A stretch of 64,000 nt of DNA, taken from the NCBI GenBank assembly GCA_017853885.1, contig JAFMIR010000016.1:8990-72989 (forward strand), in the 5' to 3' direction. Shown one piece after another: positions 54,049 through 64,000 of this stretch. The stretch's first letter is position 1. The number at the start of each line of letters is the position of its first letter. This stretch comes from Prosthecobacter sp. (GTDB lineage: Bacteria > Verrucomicrobiota > Verrucomicrobiia > Verrucomicrobiales > Verrucomicrobiaceae). The notes under the pieces are model-generated. The model made no database searches, was not told where the DNA came from, and saw only the letters and a program-made list of their open reading frames with translations. The position numbers and the translations under genes are program-made.

Positions 54049-55895
54049 ATCGCCACGAGCTTCTCCACCTCCTCGGCAGCCTTCTCCCACTCTGTTGTCA
54101 GCTTGGCAATTTTTGGCTCTACGGCTTCCAATTCGGCGCTGAGGTCGCGGAATTTGATGGCGTCCGCGTAAGTGGCTTGGTCTTGCAGAAGTTCGACGAT
54201 CTCCTGCTTGCGTTTGTCGAGCGCGGAGAGTTCGGATTCGATTTTGGCGACGCGTTGCTCGGCGTCTTTTTTAGCTTTGCTGCGGGCGTTGCGGGCTTCC
54301 GCTTCGAGGCGCTTCTGCTCCTTCGACTTGGGGGGCTCGCGTACGGCGGGGGCGGTGTAGGCGACGGGCTGGGCATTGTGTAGCGTTGCGGTAAGAGCTT
54401 CACGGGCGCTGCTGGCCTTCGTTTTGTCGAGGTAGTATTGGTAATCGCCCGCATAGGGCGTGATGACACCGGCGCTCACATGCAGGACGTTTTTGGCCAT
54501 CTGGCGGATGAAGTGAACGTCATGGCTGATGAAGACGAGCGTGCCTTCGTATTGTTCGAGCGCGTTGATGAGGGCATCGATACTGCCCATGTCGAGATGC
54601 GTGGTGGGCTCGTCCATGAGAAGAAAGTTCGGTGGATCGAGCAGGAGGCGCACGAGCACGAGGCGACTTTTTTCACCACCGCTGAGAACGCCAACGGGCT
54701 TGAAGACATCGTCGCCGTGAAACAAGAAGGAACCCAGCAGGGTGCGGCAGAGGTTCTCACCGGGACGACTTGGCAGATCCATGGCGGATTGCAGCACGGT
54801 GTGGCGCATGTCGAGCACATCGCCGCGGTATTGGGCAAAGTAGCCAAGCTTCACGTTGTGACCAAGCTCGCGATTGCCAGCCTGCGGTGTCAAGGCTCCC
54901 GCGAGGAGTTTGAGCAGCGTCGATTTGCCCGCGCCGTTTGGTCCAACAAGAACCGTTCGCTGGCCGCGCTCGATCTCGAGGTCGAGGCCATGGTAAACGG
55001 GTGTTTGGCCATAGGCGAAGTCCACGTCGGCCATGCGTATGACACGCAGACCGCTGCGCGGCGGCTGTGGGAAGCGGAATTTGACCGTCTTTGCATCAGC
55101 GATGGGCGCTTCGATTTTTTCGATGCGGTCGATCATTTTCGCCTTGTCCTGCGCACGAGAGGCGAAGTTGGCCTTCGCTTTGAATTTATCGACCCAGGCC
55201 TGCATTTTCGCGAGTTCGCGCTGCTGGTTTTCGTAGGCACCTTGGAGTTGCTCCATGCGCGCAGCCTTCTCGCGGAGGTAGTCATCGTAGTTGCCGGTGT
55301 AACGCGTGATCTTGCTGTGGGCGATCTCGAGGATGCTGTCGCACAGCGCATTTAAAAATTCACGGTCATGCGAAATCATCAAGATGGCTCCGGGGTAGCC
55401 TTGGAGGTAGTTTTGAAACCAGATGAGCGATTCGAGGTCGAGGTGGTTCGTCGGCTCATCGAGCAGCAGGAGGTCCGGTTCCTGCACGAGCAGGCGGGCG
55501 AGGTGTGCGCGCATCACCCAGCCGCCGCTGAGCGTGCGGGCGTTACGCTCGAAGTCCGATTCGCGAAACGCAAGGCCGCTGAGGATACGTTTGGCCTTGG
55601 GCTCTATCTCCCAGCGTTGGTTTTCATCGAGATGACCCGTGGCGAGTTCCAAAACGGTCACGTCATCGATTGGCGCACTCTCCTGCGGCAGGAAGCCGAA
55701 GGTGATGCCGCGCTCCATCATCACTCGCCCATCATCCGGCGTCGACTCTTGGAGTAGAAGCGAGAACAGCGTCGATTTCCCTGCTCCATTCGGTCCAATG
55801 AGACCGATTTTTTCGCCACGATTGATGTGAAACGACACTTGGCTGAACAGAGTGCGGCCGGCATAGGTTTTACTGACGTTGGAAACGGAGAGCAT
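54045..55895 (-). CDS. ABC-F family ATPase with C-terminal coiled-coil extension
   Basis: Two NBDs as in the upstream paralog, plus an ~85-aa K/E/A-rich C-terminal tail. Confidence 0.95.
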   Translation of the reverse strand: MLSVSNVSKTYAGRTLFSQVSFHINRGEKIGLIGPNGAGKSTLFSLLLQESTPDDGRVMMERGITFGFLPQESAPIDDVTVLELATGHLDENQRWEIEPKAKRILSGLAFRESDFERNARTLSGGWVMRAHLARLLVQEPDLLLLDEPTNHLDLESLIWFQNYLQGYPGAILMISHDREFLNALCDSILEIAHSKITRYTGNYDDYLREKAARMEQLQGAYENQQRELAKMQAWVDKFKAKANFASRAQDKAKMIDRIEKIEAPIADAKTVKFRFPQPPRSGLRVIRMADVDFAYGQTPVYHGLDLEIERGQRTVLVGPNGAGKSTLLKLLAGALTPQAGNRELGHNVKLGYFAQYRGDVLDMRHTVLQSAMDLPSRPGENLCRTLLGSFLFHGDDVFKPVGVLSGGEKSRLVLVRLLLDPPNFLLMDEPTTHLDMGSIDALINALEQYEGTLVFISHDVHFIRQMAKNVLHVSAGVITPYAGDYQYYLDKTKASSAREALTATLHNAQPVAYTAPAVREPPKSKEQKRLEAEARNARSKAKKDAEQRVAKIESELSALDKRKQEIVELLQDQATYADAIKFRDLSAELEAVEPKIAKLTTEWEKAAEEVEKLVAI

Positions 55896-55973
55896 GGGAA
55901 AGGGCGGGCGCTTGTGGTAAGCGTGATTTGCCTGTGGTCAAAGAGGTAGAACAGTCATCACGGCCGGTTCAAT

Positions 55974-56294
55974 CTAACAACTGGCCTGCTCACCTAGCTT
56001 CTGGCAGTTCCAGCAGAGTTCGAATTCAGCTGGATTGTTCTCCCCGCAACTGGCGCAGTTCCACTCCTCGATGTGGGGAAGCATTGGATCATGATGCGGA
56101 CGCAGCAGCGCTATCGCCGCGTCGTATTCGTCATCATTTACCACGCACAATGAAGGCTGGCAGGGCGCGATCAGGATATTGATGAGCTGTGCGGTGTGTT
56201 CGTTGCGAATGAAGCTGGTAATGCCCGCTTCATCGAGCAACGACTTGTAAAAGCCGAGCCGTGTCCAGTCCAAGCTACTAAGCACTTCTCTCAT
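55974..56294 (-). CDS. DUF2007 domain protein with C-terminal zinc ribbon
   Basis: KSLLDEAGITSFIRNE and WNCASCGENNPAEFELCWNC motifs. Confidence 0.8.
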   Translation of the reverse strand: MREVLSSLDWTRLGFYKSLLDEAGITSFIRNEHTAQLINILIAPCQPSLCVVNDDEYDAAIALLRPHHDPMLPHIEEWNCASCGENNPAEFELCWNCQKLGEQASC

Positions 56295-57301
56295 GATTTG
56301 CGGCCGAGGATGCGGTCCATCGAGTCGGAGGTCTGCCAGATCAGCGCCTCGGGGTAATGGGCATACGGGTGGAAGTATTCGAAGGTCAGGAAGCCCTTGT
56401 AGCCGGTCTCGGCGAGCGCGTCGGTGACGGCGGGCCAGTTCGTGGTGCCGTCGAGCAGCGGGCGGAAGGTTTCGAGGCTGAAGTCGGTGCCTTTTTTCGT
56501 GAACTCCTTCAGGTGGACGTTCTTGGTGCGCTTGCCGAGCACTTTGGCCCAGTGCTCGGGGAACTGGAACATGCTGATGTTGCCGGTATCGAAATGCACG
56601 CGCACATGCTCGCTGCCAAAGCTGTCCACGAAGGCGTTCATCTCCATCGGCGTCATGAGGTAGCCATTAAAGAAGATGTTTTCGATGTTGAGGCACACCT
56701 TGAGCTTCTCCGCCTGCTTCGCGAGCTGGCCCACGGCCTCGCGGGCCCGCGCATCGCACACATCATTCGCCACCGGCTCGTGGTCCGTGCGCCACGGAAT
56801 GTGAACGGCTCCCGGCACGACGAGCACGTTCTCCACGCCGAGGTCATGTGCACACTGCGCGATCTTTCCGGCGAGTTCGATGCCTTGAGCACGCTTCGCC
56901 GGATCATTGCTCGTCAGCGGATAAGGCCAAAACAGGAAGGAACACAGCCCGCTGATCTGGATGCCGATCTCATCGGCCATCTTGCGGATCTTCACATAGT
57001 CGGCCGTGCCGTGCTTCGGCGAGAGGTCGTTGTCGAGATCGTAGTTCAGCTCGATGCCGTCGAATCCCGCGTCCTTCGCGAGTTGCAGGCACTCGCGCAA
57101 CGTCATGCGCTCCGGATACGGAAACGCCCACAGATTGATCGACTTGAGCATGTCATACTTCTTCGTCGAACCCCGCCGCGCATCCGGTGCGGTTGCCGGA
57201 GCCGCTCTCGCCGGCTCAAACGCTGCCGCCGTGAGCCCCACGGAAGCGATGGTGGCTTTCAAAGCAGCGCGACGGGAAAGAAGATCTGAGTTCGGTTCCA
57301 T
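56291..57301 (-). CDS. Sugar phosphate isomerase/epimerase (AP endonuclease 2 TIM barrel) with Tat signal
   Basis: LSRRAALK Tat motif; AGFDGIEL, LNIEN, HFDTGN, NVHLKEF and LTFE metal ligands. Confidence 0.88.
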   Translation of the reverse strand: MEPNSDLLSRRAALKATIASVGLTAAAFEPARAAPATAPDARRGSTKKYDMLKSINLWAFPYPERMTLRECLQLAKDAGFDGIELNYDLDNDLSPKHGTADYVKIRKMADEIGIQISGLCSFLFWPYPLTSNDPAKRAQGIELAGKIAQCAHDLGVENVLVVPGAVHIPWRTDHEPVANDVCDARAREAVGQLAKQAEKLKVCLNIENIFFNGYLMTPMEMNAFVDSFGSEHVRVHFDTGNISMFQFPEHWAKVLGKRTKNVHLKEFTKKGTDFSLETFRPLLDGTTNWPAVTDALAETGYKGFLTFEYFHPYAHYPEALIWQTSDSMDRILGRKS

Positions 57302-57390
57302 GCGCTGATGCAATCAGAACGTGCGGAGGCTGGCAAGAGGGAAGAAGCTGCGCTTGCCATCGCCCACCCTGCTTGAGAGAATCACGATTT

Positions 57391-59736
57391 ATGACGAAGC
57401 GACTTTTGCTATCCTTTACGGCGGTTTTTACCTTGCAGGCCCAGACCGGTGCGCCGGTGGGCAAGTTTCAGCAATTGGAGCAAATGCTACCAACGCCCAA
57501 CGCGCAGCGATTAGCATCCGGCGCTGCGGGTGCAGGTTATTGGCAAAACACGGCGGACTATGTGATCGATGCGGAGCTGGATGATGTGAAGCGCAGCATC
57601 TCGGCGAAAGCGACGGTGACCTACCATAACGCTTCACCTGACACGCTGGAGTACCTTTGGGTTCAGCTCGACCAGAATTACTTCGCCCACGATGCGGACA
57701 TGCGAGCGGCGCCAAACACAAAGCGCGGAATCGATCCAGCCAAGGTGAGCTACGCCGCAGTGGACCGACTGCTAGCCTATGAAGAGTATGATGGCGCTTT
57801 GAAGATCACGGACCTGACTGACGCAGCGGGAAAAAGTCTGCCACATGCGGTCGTGAAAACGATGATGCGCATCGATTTGCCACAACCGCTGAAGCCGGGT
57901 GGTGAGTTCGTGTTCAAAATCGCATGGAGTTTTCCCATCAACGACGGCGGCCGCATCGGGGCGCGGACGGGCTATGAATACTTCGAGGAGGACAAAAACT
58001 GTATCTACACTATCGCGCAGTGGTTTCCACGCATGGCGGCCTACACGGATTACGCGGGCTGGATGCACAAGCAGTTTCTTGGCACCGGTGAGTTCACGCT
58101 CGAATTCGGCAATTACCATGTGCGTCTAACCGTGCCTGACGATCACACCGTCGGTGCAACAGGCGTGCTAACCAATGCGGAGAATGTTTTGACCGAAACA
58201 CAACGCGAGCGGTTGACGAAGGCGGAAAAGGAGACGCGTAAGCCCGTTTTCATCATTACAGCCGATGAGGCAAAGGCGGCTGAAAAGGGTAAGCCGAAGG
58301 GCAAGAAGACTTGGGAGTTCAAAGCGACCCAGGTGCGCGACTTTGCTTTCGCTAGTTCACGAAAATTCGTATGGGATGCGATGGCAGTCGAGGGAACGAA
58401 GGTAGATGGCAAGCCCGTGATGGCCATGTCGCTCTACCCCACGGTGGCAATGCCGCTGTGGGACAAATACTCGACGCATGCCATCGCGCACACCATCGAG
58501 GTGTACTCGAAGTTCACCTTTGATTACCCGTATCCTGTCGCGTGGTCGGTGAACAACAAGCACGTCGGCGGCATGGAGTACCCGATGATCTGCTTCAATG
58601 GCCCGCGCCCCGAAAAAGACGGCACCTACCCCGAACGAACAAAGTATGCGCTCATTGGTGTAGTTATTCATGAGGTCGGTCACAACTGGTTTCCAATGAT
58701 CGTGAATAGTGACGAGCGGCAGTGGACATGGATGGACGAAGGGCTCAACAGCTTCGTCGAATACCTCGCAGAAGAAGAATGGGAGAACGATTGGAAGCAT
58801 CGCCGCGATGAGCGCGGTATGGTCAGCTACCTGCGATCGACCGACCGCGTGCCAGTGATGACCAATAGCGAAAGCATTGCTGACCTAGGTCCAAACGCTT
58901 ATGGTCAGCCAACGGCGGCTCTGAACATCCTACGCGAACACATTCTTGGCCGCGAGTTGTTTGATCACGCCTTCAAAGCTTACTCTCGGCGCTGGATGTT
59001 CAAGCGGCCGACGCCTGCCGATTTCTTCCGAAGCATGGAGGACGCAAGCGGCGTAGATCTTGACTGGTTCTGGCGTAGTTGGTTCTACAGCGTCGATCAT
59101 GTGGATGTTTCCATCGACGAGGTGAAGTGGATGCAGCTCGACACGCGCGATCCGGCCATCGAGAAGAAAAAGAAGAAGCAGGAGGAGGAAGAGCTGCCGA
59201 AGACGCTCACCGAGGAGCGCAACTACCCGCTTCCGAAGCGTGTGGACCGTTTTCCTGAACTGAAGGACTTCTACGACAGCTTTGATGAGGCTACCGTGCT
59301 GCCGAGCGAGAAGAAAAAATACGAAAGCCTCATCAAAGAGCTTAAAGAGGAAAAGATCGACCCGAGGCTGTTGCAGACGAAGCACAACTTTTATCTCGTC
59401 GAGTTTAGCAATATCGGCGGCATGCTTACGCCGGTGATTTTGAAGGTCGAATATACCGATGGCAGCTCGGAGGAGATGAAGCTGCCGGCAGAGATCTGGC
59501 GTTTTGACACGCGGCAAGCCTCAAAACTGATCTTCACGAAGAAAGAGATCAAAGCCATCACGTTTGATCCGCGTCAGGAGCTGACAGATACCGATGTAGA
59601 AAACAACTTCTGGCCACGCCGCCCTGTGAAGAGTCGATTCCAACTCTATAAAGATGACAAGGCGCCGAACCCGATGCGTGAGATCACGAAACCATCGAAG
59701 GATGAGGACGATAAGTCCAAAAAAGACACGAAATGA
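57391..59736 (+). CDS. M1 family zinc metallopeptidase, secreted
   Basis: GGMEYP exopeptidase motif and HEVGH...MDEG zinc-binding motif. Confidence 0.93.
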   Translation: MTKRLLLSFTAVFTLQAQTGAPVGKFQQLEQMLPTPNAQRLASGAAGAGYWQNTADYVIDAELDDVKRSISAKATVTYHNASPDTLEYLWVQLDQNYFAHDADMRAAPNTKRGIDPAKVSYAAVDRLLAYEEYDGALKITDLTDAAGKSLPHAVVKTMMRIDLPQPLKPGGEFVFKIAWSFPINDGGRIGARTGYEYFEEDKNCIYTIAQWFPRMAAYTDYAGWMHKQFLGTGEFTLEFGNYHVRLTVPDDHTVGATGVLTNAENVLTETQRERLTKAEKETRKPVFIITADEAKAAEKGKPKGKKTWEFKATQVRDFAFASSRKFVWDAMAVEGTKVDGKPVMAMSLYPTVAMPLWDKYSTHAIAHTIEVYSKFTFDYPYPVAWSVNNKHVGGMEYPMICFNGPRPEKDGTYPERTKYALIGVVIHEVGHNWFPMIVNSDERQWTWMDEGLNSFVEYLAEEEWENDWKHRRDERGMVSYLRSTDRVPVMTNSESIADLGPNAYGQPTAALNILREHILGRELFDHAFKAYSRRWMFKRPTPADFFRSMEDASGVDLDWFWRSWFYSVDHVDVSIDEVKWMQLDTRDPAIEKKKKKQEEEELPKTLTEERNYPLPKRVDRFPELKDFYDSFDEATVLPSEKKKYESLIKELKEEKIDPRLLQTKHNFYLVEFSNIGGMLTPVILKVEYTDGSSEEMKLPAEIWRFDTRQASKLIFTKKEIKAITFDPRQELTDTDVENNFWPRRPVKSRFQLYKDDKAPNPMREITKPSKDEDDKSKKDTK

Positions 59737-60245
59737 CTTGGCGTGCCATCATCTTTCTTCTTTGGGCAGCCATGGGCGTGCAGGCGCATTCACTGCACCA
59801 ATCCACGGCAGAAGCAGATTGGAACGCAGAGGCTCAAAAGCTGGAGGTTAGCCTGACCGTGTTCGTCAATGATCTAGAGCTTGCACTGATGCGGCAAAGC
59901 GAAAGGGAGATGAGGGTGGGGAAGACTGCCAAGGAGGTTTTCGATGCCCAGGCACGGCTTTACCTCAGCAAATGCTTTGTCGTGACGGATGCGACAGGCC
60001 AGAGAATAAAAATCGAATGGATCGGCTGCGAGCTAGATGCCTCAACGCAAAAATTCGCCGAGCCGACCATGACATGGTTTTTTGAGATAACACTACCACT
60101 AGGGTTGAAAGGTGTTTCTGTGTGGAATGGGGTTTTCTGCGATCTGTTTGCGGATGAGGTCAATCTGCTGTTGTTGCGCAAAGGATCCGAAAAAATTCAG
60201 ATGCTTTTCCAAAAAGGAACTGCTGCGCAAAATCTCAAAAGCTGA
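59733..60245 (+). CDS. DUF6702-like family protein
   Basis: Signal peptide, then HSLHQSTAEADWN...LEVSLTVFVNDLELAL. ATGA overlap with the M1 peptidase, its usual neighbour as I recall. Confidence 0.65.
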   Translation: MTWRAIIFLLWAAMGVQAHSLHQSTAEADWNAEAQKLEVSLTVFVNDLELALMRQSEREMRVGKTAKEVFDAQARLYLSKCFVVTDATGQRIKIEWIGCELDASTQKFAEPTMTWFFEITLPLGLKGVSVWNGVFCDLFADEVNLLLLRKGSEKIQMLFQKGTAAQNLKS

Positions 60246-60281
60246 GTGACGATCGAACTGACTGTTTCCAATCTTTGAAGC

Positions 60282-62441
60282 ATGGCTAGGTTCAACAGAG
60301 ACCACGCCATGCCAACCCATGCGTCCAAAGCTGCCTGCTGCTGCGCTTCTCCGAAGTTGGAAAGTGCCGTGAATACCGTTCCAAAACCCAGCTTGGCGCG
60401 TGAAGAAAAAATACCTGCCGCGAGTAGCACTCCCGAATGCTGTGGGGATGGCGGCGCGGCAGAACTGCGTGACTTGTGGCGACGCCTGAGGTGGGGTTTC
60501 TGGATGACAATGCCGGTCGTGGCCTTCAGCATGGGCATGGAGTTGCCTATGATACGTGAGATACCGGCAAAGGCGTCCGCGTGGATGCAGCTGGTGTGGG
60601 CCACACCGGTCGTGTTTTGGGCCGGCTGGCCGCTGCTGCTGCGCTTTGCCCGCTCCATTGCCACACGAAAGACAAATATGTTCACACTCATCGGTCTTGG
60701 CGTGCTTGCCGCATGGGCTTACAGCACACTGGTGGTGATTGCGCCAAAGCTTGTGTTGCATGACGGTCTTCACGACCATGCACCAGTTTATTTCGAGAGC
60801 GCTGCGGTGATCACAGTGCTTGTCATTCTCGGTCAGCTCATGGAATCCCGTGCCCGCCGAGCCACCGGATCCGCTATCGAATCGCTCATGAGACTCGCGC
60901 CAAGCACAGCGCTGTTGGTGGAAGGTGCCGATGAGCGGGAGATCCCACTTGATCAGGTGAAGCCAGGCGATGTCCTGCGCCTCAAGCCTGGTGGCAAAAT
61001 CCCCGTCGATGGTCTTGTGCTGGAAGGAGTTTCGACCTTCGATGAATCCATGCTCACCGGCGAACCGATGCCAGTGGTGAAGAAAGTGGGCAGCCGCGTC
61101 ACCAGCGGCACGGTGAATGGCAATGGCACGATCCTTATGCGGGCTGAGCGGATTGGGGCGGACACGCTCCTCAGTCAGATCATTGCTCTCACGGTTCAGG
61201 CGCAGCGCAGCCGTGCTCCAGTGCAGCGGCAGGCGGATCGTGTTTCGTCTTGGTTTGTGCCCTTTGTGGTCTTGATTGCAATTTTTACCTTTCTCGTGTG
61301 GTGGGAGTTTGGACCGCAGCCCAGCCTCGGCTTTGCCATCCTCAATGCGGTGGCCGTTTTGATCATCGCCTGTCCCTGTGCGCTTGGATTGGCTACGCCG
61401 ATGGCGGTTACGACTGGCATGGGCCGCGGTGCGCAGCTCGGCGTGCTCATCAAGGACGCCGAAACACTCGAACGCCTCGCCGCAGTTGACACCATCCTGC
61501 TCGACAAAACCGGCACGCTGACCGAAGGCAAGCCGAGAGTCGTCGAAGTGTACCCACTGCACGGCTGGTCCATCGAAGAGCTCCTTGCCTGCGCGGCGGC
61601 TGTGGAGGCGCTTAGCGAGCATCCCATCGCCAGTGCCATCGTGGCTGCAGCGAAGGATCGAAACATTTCACTGGCGCAGGTGAAGGCTTTCCAAGCTGTG
61701 CCAGGCGGAGGCGTTTCCGGTCGAGTGGGAGAAAAAGAAGTCTTCGTTGGCCAAGCAAGCTTCTTGAAGAAAAAAGGCATCTTCATCGATGCTGAAGTTT
61801 CGAGGCGTGTCTTCGAGCTCCAGGTCAGTGGCTTTACCGTCGTGCGAGTCGTGCTCGATGGGCGTCTGCTGGGCTTCATCGCCCTCATGGACCCGATTAA
61901 GGAGAGCTCCAAGCCTGCCATCGCAGCTCTTCATGCCCTTGGATTAAAGGTCAAGATGCTCACGGGTGACGCGCGCTCCACGGCCGACCGTGTCGCCAAA
62001 GAACTTCAAATTGACGAAATCGCCGCCGAGCTCAGCCCCGAAGAAAAACTGAACCATGTATACCAGATCAAGGAGCAAGGCCGCCACACGGCCTATGTCG
62101 GAGATGGCATCAATGATGCGCCTGCGCTCGCGGGGGCGGATGTTGGCATTGCCATGGGCACCGGCACGGATGCGGCGATTCACAGTGCTTCTGTTACGCT
62201 CGTGCAAGGCGACCTCAGTGCTTTGCACCGCGCCTTCACCCTCAGCCGGGCCACGCTGCGCATCATCCGGCAAAACCTCGCCTTCTCGTTCCTCTACAAT
62301 ACCCTCGGCATTTTGATTGCCGCCGGTGTGCTCTATCCCTTCACAGGTCGCCTCCTCAGCCCCATGCTGGCTAGCGTGGCAATGTCCCTGAGCAGCCTCA
62401 TGGTGATCCTGAACTCGCTGCGTTTGCGCTGCTTCAAATAA
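60282..62441 (+). CDS. copA: Heavy-metal P1B-type ATPase, Cu(I)-type signature
   Basis: [43 protein letters not shown] and MSLSS motifs. Confidence 0.85.
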   Translation: MARFNRDHAMPTHASKAACCCASPKLESAVNTVPKPSLAREEKIPAASSTPECCGDGGAAELRDLWRRLRWGFWMTMPVVAFSMGMELPMIREIPAKASAWMQLVWATPVVFWAGWPLLLRFARSIATRKTNMFTLIGLGVLAAWAYSTLVVIAPKLVLHDGLHDHAPVYFESAAVITVLVILGQLMESRARRATGSAIESLMRLAPSTALLVEGADEREIPLDQVKPGDVLRLKPGGKIPVDGLVLEGVSTFDESMLTGEPMPVVKKVGSRVTSGTVNGNGTILMRAERIGADTLLSQIIALTVQAQRSRAPVQRQADRVSSWFVPFVVLIAIFTFLVWWEFGPQPSLGFAILNAVAVLIIACPCALGLATPMAVTTGMGRGAQLGVLIKDAETLERLAAVDTILLDKTGTLTEGKPRVVEVYPLHGWSIEELLACAAAVEALSEHPIASAIVAAAKDRNISLAQVKAFQAVPGGGVSGRVGEKEVFVGQASFLKKKGIFIDAEVSRRVFELQVSGFTVVRVVLDGRLLGFIALMDPIKESSKPAIAALHALGLKVKMLTGDARSTADRVAKELQIDEIAAELSPEEKLNHVYQIKEQGRHTAYVGDGINDAPALAGADVGIAMGTGTDAAIHSASVTLVQGDLSALHRAFTLSRATLRIIRQNLAFSFLYNTLGILIAAGVLYPFTGRLLSPMLASVAMSLSSLMVILNSLRLRCFK

Positions 62442-62471
62442 TCGGCACAGATGGTGGCTCGATACCCATTC

Positions 62472-63356
62472 ATGTCTGACCTCAAGACCTACCTCGCGCA
62501 GCGCCGCCAGATCATTGATGCGGCGCTTGATCAATACCTACCGACCGCCGAGACACGGCCGGTTTCACTGCACAAAGCCATGCGGCACAGCCTTTTTGCG
62601 GGCGGAAAAAGGCTGCGACCCATCCTGACATTAGCGGCCGCGGAGGCCTGTGGAGGTTCGATGGAGAACGCCATGCCGAGCGCCTGTGCCGTCGAGTGCC
62701 TCCACACCTACTCGTTGATCCACGATGACCTGCCCTGCATGGACGATGATGAGATGCGTCGCGGCGTGCCCACCTGCCACATTGTCTACGGAGAGGCCAT
62801 CGCGCTTCTCGCAGGTGACGCGCTCCAAGCTCTGGCCTTTGAACTGACGGCGCAAACACCGGCGACCCGCCGCCACACAACAGCAGCCATGGTGGCCGAG
62901 CTCGCGCGAACCTCAGGCAGCCTTCATCTCGTCGGTGGACAAGTGGCAGATCTCGAGGGCGAGCAAAAAAAACTGCCCTTGGAAGATCTGCGCTTCATTC
63001 ACGAGGGCAAGACTGCCGCGTTGCTCACCACGAGTCTCCAACTGGGTGCGATGAGCGCGGACGCCAGCGCGGAAGAGTTGAAGGCCCTCCATGACTTTGG
63101 CATGTCCACAGGACTCGCATTTCAGATCATCGACGACTTGCTTGATGTGACGCAAACGAGCGAAAAGCTCGGCAAAAGCGCAGGAAAGGACGTGGCCTCC
63201 GAAAAAAGCACTTACCCTGCACTCATGGGCCTTGAAGCATCTCGTGCTGAAGCGCATCGCCTCACCGCAGCGGCTCACGAAGCACTGACGATCTTCGGTG
63301 ATCAAGGCGCGAGGCTGCGTCAGTTGGCGGATTACCTGCTGAACCGCGATTATTGA
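62472..63356 (+). CDS. ispA: Farnesyl/geranylgeranyl diphosphate synthase
   Basis: GGKRLRP, SLIHDDLPCMDDDEMRRG, GQVADL and FQIIDDLLD motifs. Confidence 0.93.
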   Translation: MSDLKTYLAQRRQIIDAALDQYLPTAETRPVSLHKAMRHSLFAGGKRLRPILTLAAAEACGGSMENAMPSACAVECLHTYSLIHDDLPCMDDDEMRRGVPTCHIVYGEAIALLAGDALQALAFELTAQTPATRRHTTAAMVAELARTSGSLHLVGGQVADLEGEQKKLPLEDLRFIHEGKTAALLTTSLQLGAMSADASAEELKALHDFGMSTGLAFQIIDDLLDVTQTSEKLGKSAGKDVASEKSTYPALMGLEASRAEAHRLTAAAHEALTIFGDQGARLRQLADYLLNRDY

Positions 63357-63363
63357 GCCCGCA

Positions 63364-64000
63364 TCATCTTACCGGCGTCCAGCGAAGTCGGAAAAACTGC
63401 CGCGTGCTTGGCGCGGAAGGGCTTGACCAAGTGTGGGTGAAGCTCGCGGCGCCATCCGCGGTTCGGAAAGTCTCAACTGCAGTCCATGCCGAGGATAGAT
63501 CGGGCGCGGTTTCAAGCGTGTAGATCGTCAATGGATCGAGCATCGAGGCATCAACCCAAAGCTGGCTGCCGCTAATTCGTGAAGCGAGTTGTGGTCCAAT
63601 GCCTGTCACGGCTTGCCAAGCCACCGCAAAGTCGTGCCCGTTTGTATCAGAAGTGACCTCTAGGCAATACTGACCCGCAGGCAGATGGCGGAGAAAAAGG
63701 TGCTCCACATTGTTCACTGTGCTTGTCGAGCTGCTGATCAGGGCGCTGGTGGCAAGGCCGGAAGCCGCGTACAGCTTCAAACTCAGATCTGGCAGGCTGG
63801 AAGAATAGGAACCAAGAAGATTCGTGATATGGCGATGCCACACGAGCGTGGCGGAAAAAGTGTCGGCAAGGCTGTGTTCTGGAATCGCGAAGAAATAGCG
63901 TCGCCCGCCGGAGCTGGTGGTAGTCGTGGAGAAGTCCCAGCCCTGCATCGAGCGGACCATACTGGAGGAATGCGGCTGTTGCCCTGCGTTCAGCAGATGC
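63364..64000 (-). CDS. C-terminal part of a secreted protein running off the window (possibly a subtilase-type protein)
   Basis: The frame stays open to the edge (HLLNAGQQPHSSSM...). It has a beta-rich domain (ATLVWHR...LSLKLY...NVEHL) and a Verrucomicrobial-type tail (YTLETAPDLSSAW...RQFFRLR). No catalytic residues are inside the window. Confidence 0.6.
   Translation of the reverse strand, partial: HLLNAGQQPHSSSMVRSMQGWDFSTTTTSSGGRRYFFAIPEHSLADTFSATLVWHRHITNLLGSYSSSLPDLSLKLYAASGLATSALISSSTSTVNNVEHLFLRHLPAGQYCLEVTSDTNGHDFAVAWQAVTGIGPQLASRISGSQLWVDASMLDPLTIYTLETAPDLSSAWTAVETFRTADGAASFTHTWSSPSAPSTRQFFRLRWTPVR

Noticed and set aside
60099-61622. 507-aa minus-strand ORF
   Set aside because: It is an antisense shadow of the P-type ATPase.

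Overview
This is a chromosomal segment of about 60% GC, most likely from a Verrucomicrobiota bacterium of Prosthecobacter/Verrucomicrobiaceae type. That placement is inferred from PVC-hallmark genes: DUF1549/DUF1553, planctomycete cytochrome-WD40, a PVC heme-binding CxxCH protein, sulfatases and BNR sialidases. I read about 50 CDS and one ncRNA that the ORF track misses, the SRP 4.5S RNA (ffs, minus strand, ~9996-10087). I found no tRNA, rRNA, CRISPR array, transposase or prophage gene. Housekeeping genes are hisI, truD, rplS, ispA, a CopA-type ATPase and xylA. The accessory content is mostly carbohydrate/sulfate catabolism and envelope proteins. Best leads: (1) an uncharacterised three-gene envelope module beside ffs, with two paralogous membrane-anchored coiled-coil proteins ending in a FlgT-C-like beta domain (one with DPFG repeats) plus a small lipoprotein; (2) a regulator-linked operon that looks like a non-Nan pathway for ulosonic (sialic-like) acid release and breakdown; (3) a DUF1549/1553, cytochrome-WD40 and PPC module without the usual DUF1501 partner; (4) abrupt kb-scale C-rich to G-rich skew flips at gene junctions; (5) two convergent ABC-F paralogs with complementary domain loss, flanking a hyi-like gene broken by one in-frame TAG; (6) a 2 kaa TPR protein coupled to a lipoprotein; (7) several apparently leaderless promoters. 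All product calls come from motif recognition by eye; no database search was run.
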